Part shown: positions 1-11,800 of the stretch, piece by piece
Layout: each line of letters opens with the position of its first letter
Position numbering within the stretch: position 1 is the stretch's first letter
Source: Thalia democratica
Taxonomy: Eukaryota
Length of the DNA stretch: 64,000 nt
NCBI GenBank assembly: GCA_965202585.1
Contig: OZ241830.1
Location: 45,818,001 to 45,882,000 of the forward strand
Reading direction: 5' to 3'
Notes under the pieces: model-generated
What the model saw: only the letters and a program-made list of their open reading frames with translations
Database searches by the model: none
Told to the model about the DNA's origin: nothing
Made by a program: the position numbers and the translations under genes

Positions 1-204
1 AGCTAGTGACACCCTGAAATTTTCACCAGTGGGACCTTGATTATTTTTGTATATTTTGTTTTAAAATTTTTTTAAATCGCGTTCTTGGCAGAACATGATG
101 GTTTTTATTATTCGAGTAATCTGATTGCAACTAGTGTTTGTGCATATATTAAGGCCTCAAATGGTCATGATGTTGAGCCATTGAAAACAAAAGGGGTCTG
201 CTTT

Positions 205-1620
205 GAACCATGAGAAGAATTTCTGAAGTTGGGTTTGGTATATGCTGACAAACCACTTTTTTAACTTTATACCATGTGGCGTATAACATAGCTAAATTCA
301 AGAAGCCTCATACAATCGCTAAGAGGTGATAAAGCCATGTGTATTACAAGTGACAAAAACTGTTCTGGAAAAGGAAGCTTCAAAAAAGCCTGAATTAGTG
401 CCATTATCAAATAATGTTATTCAGATTCAAATTAATGATTTAAGTTTGGATATTTAGGACCAAGTTATCCTGATATCGAAGCTAGTCCCTTGAAAACCTC
501 TCTAGTTGGGCGAAACAACTGATGTTAAAACTGCTGTCAACTGATTGCATTAGTGAGATATTTGCATGATGGTACCATAATGGAAAATTTCATATTTTGT
601 GAAGATCTGAATAGAACGACCAAAGCAAAAGACATCTTCCAATGTGTAAAATTTTATTTTGCAATACGTGACCTAGACATCCAAGTTATTGGTTCTGTGT
701 GTACTGACGGTTCCCTGCTATGTTGGAAAATAAATCTTTTTTTTTGCTTTGTTAAAACAGGATATTCCGCCCTTGCAGAGTACTCCTTGTTTTGTTCATT
801 GATATGCTTTAGCATCACAAAGATTGCCCTTGAAATTGAAAAATATCCTTGATATTTCTGTAAAGGCCATCAACTAGATTAGAGGTTGTGCTCTTCTAAA
901 TCAGTCTTTGTAGTGTCAACATTATGCTTCAGCTTACTTTTCCATACGTATGTTTTCCGGCTATAACATAGAAGAGATTTAACACATTTTTAAATTGCAA
1001 AAAGAAATAAAAGCTTTTTTAAAGGAACGGGACTATGACCATGTCAACAAAATGAAGTCAAAAAAAATTATTCAAATACTAGCTTATTTGAGTGACATTT
1101 TTGGCTGTATGAATAACCTAAGAAAAATATTAAACTGTTGTCAAGCGTTAAATGCTTTCAAAGGAAAGTTACATCTCTGGTGTCAACCAGTTAAAAGGAC
1201 CAACTTATCAAGTTTTTCATCACTTGAAGAACTGACTGCAAATATGCTGATTCTTTAACTCAAAGTGTATGTGAAGAAATTAAGAATCATTTAGAAATAC
1301 TATGCAAGTCTTATTTTTAAGTAGGATAATGGGAAACATTTGAAGAATGAATAACAAACCTAAAATTTTTAATTTGGATTATATGGCAGATGATGAATTG
1401 TTAAAAGATAAACTTATTAAATTGTGCACAAACAGTTTTCCTAAAATGTAGTTAATATTGCATGGTGTTGTGTATTGAATATGTTTCCAAGATTTTGTGA
1501 AAAAGCACTAAGTATGCTCATCCCATTTGCGACAACTTACTTGTGTGAGTCTGGATTTAGTACTCTTTAGTCAAAATCTAAAAATTGCTTGAATGCACAG
1601 GCGGTCAAAAAGGTTGAACA
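205..1620 (+). mobile_element. Decayed hAT (Buster/Charlie, ZBED5/8-SCAND3-like) transposase remnant
   Basis: Frameshifted pieces in the expected order: YHVAYNIAKFKKPHTIA, ETTDVKNCCQLIALVRYLHDGTIMENFIFCEDLNRTTKAKDIF..VCTDG, LAYLSDIFGCMNNL..AFKGKLHLW, and hATC dimerisation motif PFATTYLCESGFSTL (~1522-1567). Multiple stops and deletions; termini not resolved. Confidence 0.85.
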
Positions 1621-1857
1621 TCAATGTCTTAGACTTTAGAGTAACTTAAAACAGGATTTTCTTTCAAGATTAAATTTCAAATACAGGGTTGCCACTGTTT
1701 GAGCCCAAAAAACTGCCTTGAGTCATCCTTTGTTATTTTTCTCACATCTTTAGAAAAAAAAATTTTGTTTCTGGCACAAATTACTTATACCTCAAGTTAA
1801 ATTTTTTTCTTAATAATCAATAGGAAGGTTGTGTGGGTATAGTATAGTTTATTCAAC

Positions 1858-1975
1858 ACAAAAAAGAGCTCAAAATATTTGGGTCTAGGACTTGGTGAAA
1901 AAACCTTTTTGGTTATAAAGTTAACACCACGGATACCTTTTAGCTTCTTGTCCAGGACAGGTGTGCTACTGCATT
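1858..1975. repeat. Dispersed repeat family A, copy 1
   Basis: aaaaagagctcaaaatatttgggtctaggacttggtga...ggttataaagttaacaccacggatacc...cttgtccaggaca aligns by eye with 32985-33110, 45322-45425 and both arms of the 49269-49508 hairpin. Confidence 0.65.
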
Positions 1976-3766
1976 AGAAGCTAACTAAACTTATGAGAAA
2001 AACTGTTATTTAAGATTAAATGTTAAAAGTTTTAAACGATTAAAAAACAAAATTTGTAAACAATTTTATGTAACCATGTTATTTAATTTTATATAAAACA
2101 GAAAACAGTTGGATTTTTTTTGACATTTTAATTGACTAACTTCAACCTTACCATATAAAGTACTTACTCATGTGCATGTTTATTAACTTCAATTTTTATT
2201 AAACAGTTTAATATAAACTCAAATCATGATGAATATTAATTTCAGATTTAAAACAAAAACTACAATGTTCTTTGTAAAAATAGTGAAGAACTAGCCACAA
2301 GGCTGAAAACTTTTTAAATAAGCATTTCAAAACAGGGTTGCTTTTATTTTTGAGAAATTTCTTACAGGTTTTCAAATGTACAAGTTTTTGGCTTTATATT
2401 TAGCATAAAATAAAGTTAAGAGCATAGGGGGTAAATCACCTTTTTCACAATTTAGTCTTATTTTATTGAGTTTTAACTAAGCTAAAAGTTGCTTCTTACC
2501 AATTTTAAAAACTCAAAATAAATTTTAAGATATAGTCAGTTAAAGTTGGAGATTACAATAGGTTCCTTATTAGAGGTACAAACTAAAAAGCATTGAATAA
2601 AGTTTATCCAACACTTTATTTATAGTAGGTATGAAGTAGATTTAATGTATAAAAAGCTTTAAAAGTTAAAACATTGGGTAGAATAAAAAGGTTCCTATCT
2701 AAGTTTTACAAGCTAAGCTAAAAGTAATTTCTAAACTAAAAGCACAGTTGCTTCTCTTTCAGTCAAAAAACTAACCTGAAGAATCTTAAACTAGTCTGAG
2801 ACATTCTGAGATTTTTTAATAGTCTTCAAAAACTTTTTTGCACCTCTTTTTATACCTCATAATCATTTCTATTTTAAAAGCTGTATAATCATGCTTTAAC
2901 ATTCAATGTTTAGTGAACATATGAGGATAAGAATGTTAATATTTCTTACTGTTTTTAACAATTCGACCTTTTAAGTTTAAACAATTAATAAGGGTATGTA
3001 AATAACTTTAACACAACCATTTTAATTAAAATTATATCAGGGTTGTCACTCTTCAAGTCAAAAAAAACTATCCTAGGTGACCTTAAACTATGCTGTGTCT
3101 TTCTGAGTTTTTTATTATCCTTAAAAATTAGTTGTTTGGCCTCTGTGCAAACTACTCATACCTCATAAGTTTTTTTTTGTTTTTTACAACATAAAGAAAA
3201 GTTTTATTTTTTTTTTTCTATTTTATATATATTTGAAGTTTATAAAAATAATACAAAAATTCTTTAATAAGATTTTATAAAAAACTCTTCTATTTAAGAC
3301 AATAAACTTGATATAGTTTCATAAAAGCTTTATTTGTTTTTTAACTTTTTATAGAGCATATTATGTACATATTCTATATCAAATTGTATACTATATAAGC
3401 TTGCTTGAAGTTTAAAAAAATTTTATCTTGTATAGGGAAAAAAAGAGTCTGATGTTTTCTACCATAAGAAAATAATAAAACTAAAAAAATACATATTGCC
3501 AAGTTATCTATTTCATTTTTAAAAACTGCAAAACAAGCAATTAAGATAATTAATTGAACAAAGTTAAGTTTAAATAAAATTAATTATTTATGTGACAATA
3601 AATAAAAAGCTCCAAGAACAATGCTTTATCAAATTAGAAACACTTGGTTATTCTGTGTTACCTACTTGGTCTTTAATTCTGCACTCGCCAATGCATCATG
3701 AACTATAAATGGAGGCTAAAGTTTTGAACAAAATGGTTTATTTCTTTTAAAATCACATACAAACGG

Positions 3767-3985
3767 TTCGGCTGCAATTGTAATTTTTTTTATGTTTTCA
3801 TTCATAGTACTATGCAAATGAGGTAAATTGGTAACACAACAGAATATTAAGAACATTTTAACCCTTATCCTTAACCCTTCTTATCCAAATACTTAAAAAA
3901 TAAACCAAAATTAAAGTTTTATTGCTTAAAATTAAAATAAGTATAGTATTAGCGAATCAGAAGCGACCTTAAAACTGCAGCCGAC
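3767..3985. repeat. Short TIR-bounded repeat with internal TAACCC-like motifs; second copy at ~6032-6290
   Basis: ttcggctgcaa ... ctgcagccgac inverted termini. The shared core gcaaatgaggtaa...atattaag.aca...taaccc...aatcagaa.cg is present in both copies. Confidence 0.5.
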
Positions 3986-6290
3986 GCCAAATAAACTAAT
4001 GATGAATGAAATATTTTTTTTTTTAATCTGTTTTTTGTAGTCTTTTTATTACATAAACATGTAAATAAATCAAAGAAAAAGAATTAATTAACAAGTAGTG
4101 TTCTGTATATTTTAACCCTACTTTGCACTTATAAAAGTTAACTGAAAATCTTTTTTATTGCCAGCTTGGCAATGTCAATTATATTTTTACTGTATTTAAA
4201 TAAACTTATATGATTTTTGATGTTTTAAAACATTTCATCTTCAATAGTTTCTACTCTTAAAAATATATGAAAAATATATTTACGCTTATTCGTTAAAAAC
4301 TGTTCAAAAATTTAAAAAATCTATCTATCGGTCAAATTATTTATGTTGAATTTGACATTACATAAACTAAATCATATGAATTAAGCCTGATATACAAAAC
4401 GAACAAATAAGTCATCTTAATACCATAATTTTTAGAGTTCACCGAACATCTGTTTTCTTTACAAAAAAAAAACGACATTTCTTATTCTATACTCTATAAA
4501 AAATTTAGACGCTAAAAGGTATCCAAGCGATGTCAAACTCAATAACTGATGGTTTTTTTGTGCACCAGGTCCTAGAACCATATTTTTTTAGAGCTTACTT
4601 GTTATTCAATAAAAATAATATACCAAAATGTTTAAAAATATTAGAGTAGTGTTTGACGAAATTTCATAGTGTTTATAATGTTTTATAAAGCTTTACAAAT
4701 TAAGTTACGTTTTAATTAACATTAAAGACAAATTAACATAAAATCATCACTAACCAAGAGATTCCTGTTGTAAACTTGTTATGTTATCATCATAATTTTA
4801 ATATTTTTAAAATTATAAAGTAGAATTCTTGGTTGTAATTCATGCTCATCTGAATTTTTTTAATCCTAATTGCTTCTCTAGAACTTATTTTTTTTTTTAA
4901 AGCTAGTTTAATTTCGACAAATTTACAAATGTAGTTTTTAGTTTTAACATTAAAAAAAAATATTTTATTTACATCTTAAGTAGACGAATTTAGTTGTTTA
5001 TAAAAAGACGAAGTTCTTGTTTTGGTGCTTAATTCTAATTACAAGTTTTATTTGAAATTTTAATTAAAAGCTAAGAAAAGCTAAATCTGTAATATCATTT
5101 AATTAACTATTCATTCAAATAGAGATAATGGTTAAAACATTGTAATAAATAACATTACTAACTTATAAAAATTTCAACGTTTTAATTTTTAGTTGATTTA
5201 CGCTAAAGCTAACCTTTTTAAAAGCCTTTTTAAAGCTTTTAAAACCACACTCAAAAAACAGTTATATTTTAATTATCACTAAATTTAAGCTAAAGTGTTA
5301 TTTTACTTTCAAAAATATTGAAGTAAAGAATTGTAGTTCAATTCAAATTTATTTATGCTATAGAAGCTATCATATTTTAATTTTTTATTTTTTACTAAAG
5401 AATTGTTATACTTTTCGGATTTAATAACATAAGTAATAAAGCTTAGCTTTTCTAATAAAAAACCCTTTTACTTTACCCAATTTGCTTTTTTTAAACCTGC
5501 AAAATTTAAGGAAGGGATTTTGTATTATAACATGTTTTTCTTACCTTGATAATTACGGTTAAATCAAACTTTGTTTTATTAAAAGTTTTAAGGTTTTTAA
5601 TTAAGTATATAGTATTTTAAAAATGCTTCTCATGCAAACAATTAATTAATTAATTAAAACTATTATTCAAAAGAATTTTTATTTCTTTGAAATTAAAATT
5701 TGACTTTTATAAAATTTGACTTTTTTCTAAATGTAATCTTTTGTGACGCATGAATACGTCATATAAAGAACAGACAACATGAATATATTTATTAAATGTA
5801 TGTAGCTCGACTCTAACATATAAAACGTTCTAACTTAAACTTTTGCTACTTTATATATACACTAAAAATACTTTAGTTTCAAAGTAAAATATGTTGAAAT
5901 ATTAAACAGTAATAGTTAAGAATGACTTTGAAATTAGGCTTTATTTTTTAGTTGTGGTAGCTACAACTAATTAATCTAAAACTATTTACATAAGTTTTAC
6001 TTCTGTTAGTACAGTAGTTGTAAACAAAATAGGTCGGCTGCAGTTGTTAGGTTTTATTTAGATTTTTTTTATTTATAACTTTTTGCAAATGAGGTAAGAT
6101 GATAATACAGCACAGCAGTATATTAAGCACATCTATGCCGTTACCCCTAACCCATCTTACACTAATTCTTTAATGTTTACCCTCAACCGTAACCCACCTC
6201 ACCCAAATATATAAAAGTTAACCAAAAAAAAAAAAAAAAAACTTAAAACAAAAACTAGTTAAAAATTGGCTAATCAGAAACGCCTTTAAT

Positions 6291-6510
6291 CAGTACTTCA
6301 CCTTGGGAAATCCCGTTTTTTGTGATACTATACTGCTGGAGTTGGGAAATATGAGAAAAATCGGAAAATTAACTTTAGCTGTAATTTGACTGTATTTGAA
6401 ACTTTTAAGTACAACCTTCTTATTAACATTAAGTTGTGTCTTATTTTTTCTATGTTTAAATGTAGAAAAAGTAATTCTCACTCTTCCTTCTACAAAAATA
6501 AAAGTTTGTA
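6291..6510. repeat. Dispersed repeat family B (paralog at ~7218-7472 plus 7891-7905; inverted end fragment at ~8110-8150)
   Basis: Shared ttcaccttgggaaat...tatactgctggagttgg..tatgagaaaaat.gga...ctgtaatttga...tctcactcttccttctaca. Confidence 0.7.
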
Positions 6511-7472
6511 TTAACTATGAGTTCAAAAAAATTTGTTAAGGTAACAGTTGCAATGATTTTATATTTATTTGTTCTAGTTATGATCATTAATAGGCTATGA
6601 AGTTTTGTTAGACAGAAAACTCTTTTAAAATCAAATTATTGATACCTTAAGACAAGGCAAGTTTGCCACTAATAATACCTACTTGTAAGATAAAATGTTT
6701 TACTTTAATGGGTTACTGATGTTTATTCAATTTAACCAATTTTAACAATGTTAAGTAAAGATTGGAAAACAATTACATTTTTAATTTAAATGCAGACATT
6801 TGTCATTAAATTTTTGAAGATTTTTTACAAACTTTTTTCCATTTTGTCATTTATAAGTACATGTATGCTCTGTTTTTAAAAAAGTATTGTCCAAGGCCTG
6901 GTGTAGAAAATATATTTTGGTTATGAAGTCCTACACTAAATGGCCTGGATACTGTCTTGTCTTAAACTAAAAAAACTCACCTAATGTAAAGTTGTTGATT
7001 TTGAGAAGAATTATTTAAATATAAAACACATGCAATGTATTATTTGATTATTATAACAACTTATGGTAGCTGTTAAATTCTGTAAAAATATATTTATTTA
7101 TTACAAAGATCAAAGAAACTGTTGTGTTTTAAAACTTTCAAACCAAGAAAAATTACTTGAAATTTTCTGGTTTTTATAATGATTGTCAGTAAAGTAGTTG
7201 TAAAAAAACACAGTTAAACTGTATTTCACCTTGGGAAATAATATTTTATGTGAAACTTTGTAGTTCAAAGGTACACTTTTTGAACAAAACAAAACTAACT
7301 ACTGTATTAAATAAGAAATATTTATACTGCTGGAGTTGGCACTATGAGAAAAATAGGATAATCAACTTATACTGTAATTTGAATGTTGTTCAAAATATTT
7401 TATTACTTAAACTTAATATTATTATTCTTATTGTTTTAAGGTAAAAAATCAGTCTCACTCTTCCTTCTACAG

Positions 7473-7882
7473 CAGGGTTTCCCAAACTTTTTTAAAGAAA
7501 TTAAAAAGCTATGGGCCGCTCTAACTAGAGTTCTCAAAAAACTACCATTAAAAACGCCCTAGACCTTTTATTTTGCTTTTCATCATTAATTCCAGAATAT
7601 GTAGTGTAAGTTCAAGTTATATGACCTTGTGGCTCCCTGTTTACAATTTATGACCTCCTAAATTACCTAAGAATTTTCCATAATATCTAGTATGATTTCA
7701 AAACTACCATTAAAAATGCCTAAGATCTATTTTTTTGCTCTTCCTCATCAACTCCAGAAAATCTAGTGTAAGTTTCAAAGTATGACCCCATGACACTCCC
7801 TTTTGCCCTTTTGTTGCTTATGGCCCTCTAAATTTCTGTAATGGCCCCAAGGGGGCTACTTGGCCCATTATAGGATACCCTG
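7473..7882. mobile_element. hAT-type MITE, 410 bp, 8-bp TSD
   Basis: TIRs cagggtttccca / taggataccctg (rc cagggtatccta). Exact 8-bp TSD TTCTACAG at 7465-7472 and 7883-7890. Internal degenerate tandem duplication (aaaactaccattaaaaa..tccagaa..tagtgtaagt twice). Confidence 0.85.
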
Positions 7883-8815
7883 TTCTACAGCAATAAACGT
7901 TTGTAGAGATAAAGAGTTCATGTAAATTTGTTTGTTCTATCTTTTTAACAGTTAGTCAAAATGATGTGTCACCAATGGATTATTTTCAGGAAAACATTTT
8001 TATTTATTTATTTATTTGGTTGGATTAAAGTTAATTTTAAAGGGGCAGATAGAATTACAGGTGATGACAACTTACTTACTTACTTTACCTTCAAAAAAAG
8101 TTTATTGTTGTTAAGGGAAGAGTGAGACTAATGTTTTTCTACTTAAAAAAAGCCTATTTTTTATACAATATTTTTAATTTTTAATTGAAAAAAATACTTC
8201 TAAACAAATTTCTTAATATTGCAAGAAACGCTTCATGAAAGTTTGAGTTATTTATCCCAAAAAAGTAGAATGAGATCGAACTTTAATAAAAATTGTCTTT
8301 TTTCCTTTTTTTAGTTTGCACCTCTCATTAGGAAGCTACTGGACTCTTGGATTTTAGTCAGCAATATCTGAAAAATTATTTTGAAAATAAAACATAATAA
8401 AATTCTGTAAAAAGCAACTTTTAGCTTAGTTTAAACTTTACAAAATAAGATTAAGTTTTGATAAAATTAATTGACCCATATGTCCTTAAATTATAGAATT
8501 TTCTAACTTGTAGATACTATATATAAATAGAATTATTTTGTTATAAACTTTTAGGTTATTTTATATACACTATTTTTCTTTGTGTTGTTTACAATTTGTA
8601 AATTTAATTTAAATTAAAGATAAAAACAGTTTGAAAATCATTACAAAGTTTTTTTAAACTTAATTACTTAAAGAAAAAATTAAAGCTTCTTTTTTGTAAA
8701 TGATAAATAAATTTCTCAAAAAATTATTTAAATTACTATTTTATAACATGTAGTTCAAAAGTTTTTATATAAGTTTAACTATATAATAACATACTTCAGT
8801 TAATTTCAACTCATA

Positions 8816-11800
8816 ATGGTATCAACTTTTAAACATGATAGTGTTTTACCAAAGTTATCTGTTCCAAACCTTCACAATACTATTATTAAATACTTGGACT
8901 CTGTGAAAGCAGGTAGGTGGTTTGGATGCTTTAATTATGATTTACTAGCAGACTATATGTCGTGTGTTTAGATACACTTCGTTTTCAAGGACAATTATTG
9001 TTGGTAGTCATATCCTTATTTTTGGCAAAGTTACAAGAAATTTACTTATGAAATTTATAAAAAGTTATTATTAAATATTTATAAATCAACGCTATTTATT
9101 TTGCTAAATAAAAAAAAATAATTTTACAACATATGTACACAGACTTATTGATCAACTTAAAATTAGACTTAGATTTTTAAAAGGTCTTCAATAGTATGTA
9201 TAAATGTTATCATAAGGATATGAGCAGGCAACTTTCTTAAAATACTTATCTATAGTTTTTTTTTGTGATGTTACAGTTCTGTATGGATAAAATTAGAAGA
9301 TGGTTTTAAAAATTCTCCAATAGTACATATATCATTTTCATAATTATATGTACATGTGCACTGTGCAGTAACTTTGCTAAAATAAGATTTGTATTCAGAG
9401 GTGTTTCCTAGTTATTTTCTACAAAAAATTGTAAGCATTTAAAAAAATGTATGAAAAAATGAAAAATAAAAACACATTTATAAAACATGAGTAAGTTTAT
9501 TTATGCCTAATTGTTATAGATTTGGTTTTTAATGTCGTGACTCTATTTTTAGTTGCAAGTGATAAAGATTTTTTAAACTGTTACAAAGTTTGTCAAGAAT
9601 TTCTACAAAATGAAGCACTTTATCTTCAAAGTTCTTTGAAAAAAAAAGCATCAAGTTAGTTATTTAATTTGTTTAACATATAATAAACTGAAAGCATTAG
9701 CAATTTGTTAATGTGGTAACACTTAACAATGACAAAAAGGCTTGTACTTAATCGCTATTGAACAACATCTTAAGTAGTCTTTACTTACTATAAATTTTAG
9801 TAAGGACTATAAAAGCAATATACAAAAAATACTCTGTTCTTTGACTTTATCTTGTAAGTATTACACAGAAAAATATATTTGAGATGAAAATCCACATTGT
9901 GTGATAGTTTATGATTTTTTTTAGTAATTTTTTATATTAAAAGATGTGATTGGCTTTGTAAAAGAGTTTATTTATAAATGAAAATATAAATGATTTAAAT
10001 GTCTTTGATTAGTTGAGGTTAAAACATTTGTAGGGATTTAAAGTAAATCTTAAGTAAAATAATTCTCTGAATAAAAATATTTATTAAAAGTACTTGATGT
10101 CCTCAGTGTTATGAAGCAAAACATTTTGCAAATACATTCATACAAAAATATAATTTACTTGTTGATTTCCATTGCAAATAATAAAAGTTTTAAGGCTATA
10201 TAAACATTTGACAATATAATTATTATAACCATAAAATTATATGATAGTTTTACATTAGACTTTTATACATTTGTTATACACATAATTTTATTTCAAAAAC
10301 GCAAAATGTTAAACTTTTTTTTTGCATTTTCAAATAAACTTTTTTAAAAGCCCTTTTAAGTGGGTCCCATCAACAAAATAAAAAACATATTTTTAAATTA
10401 AATCTTATTAAGTCTACATAATTAATTGATAACTATTTAATAACAAAATAAATAAATAGAAAATATAGTAAACAGGGTTTGTGCGCGTCAAGCTAAATCA
10501 GGCTAAGTCAGGCTAAATCAGTTTTTTATTCAAAAACTTGAGAATCTCAGTTTTTCTCAGTTCAAATGCTTGAAAATTTTAGAATAAAAAAATGAGAAAT
10601 ATTTTGAAGATCAAATTGAGATGTGAATTTATTTCTATTAAAGATTTAGTTATTTAAGACATATTCAGTCAGTATTTGTAAAAATAAATGCTTAAAACCT
10701 TTTGTTGAATCTCTAAATTTTTTCTAAGTATCTTCATTATTTTGTTTTGAGTAGATTATATACGTCATAATTATGAAAATTCATAAAAAATACAGTTTAA
10801 ACATTTAATTCAACAACTTAGCTGTTTGTTTGAATTTGTTTACATCAGCCATGTTTTCAGATCTTAGTTGGTTGAACTGTTTTAATTTCTAATTTTAAAG
10901 CTTTATACAGAATACTTTTAAGATTAGAACTCTTAGCAGTTTATTCATATATTTTAGTATTTTTTAAAAATTATTAGAGATATTCAGAACACTAAAACTT
11001 AACTTTAAGATTTTAGGTACAATTCATTTTTCTTTACAAGAACAAATATTAACGGTTTTTATTTTAATTTAAGTGTAAGCTTTTTAAATCTGATACGACA
11101 TCAACAATCACTGTATTTATTTTAAGGATTTATAGTTATGTATCAATTTTAAGTATTAGTCTAATTACTATAGTAAACATTTTTTTATTTATTTTAATAC
11201 TTGTGTAAGCGTTTTATTTTAAATTTTTATAAAACACAACAATGCACTTTGTTTTATTATAAATCTTCTGGTTTTAATGGTTTTACTTTAGTACTTAATT
11301 AAATTGAACAATTGTGTTTAGTAATACAGTAACCCTCGCATCTTTACGCACTCTTGTTTAGTTACGCATTTAAGAATTCTAAAAAATTCAAAAAAAAAAA
11401 AAAATTCTTAATATTGCACAAATTAGGTTTATTGTAATTTTATTTAAATCGATTACTATATTTTTAATACAATGCAAGACAAGTTTATTCTTATGTGTGA
11501 AAAGTTCAAATTAGAAAAAGTTCTAGTAACATAAACAAATTTTATTAATCATTTTTCTTATATTTTATATATTTTTGTTCAAAAGAAGAAATCCATTACA
11601 GCATTAAATGTATATTTTTGTAAAAGGCTATAGAAACAAATTTTAGTATAGACACCACACCATTTCTTAATTGTAAACAAAAGCTTAGTTATAAACTGAA
11701 TTTGCTAAGTAGAATAGAATATAAATGTAGAGTATCAAATAATTCACATATAAACAAAGATAAAGATAAAATCTACTTATTATTAAAATTAGTAAAATTT

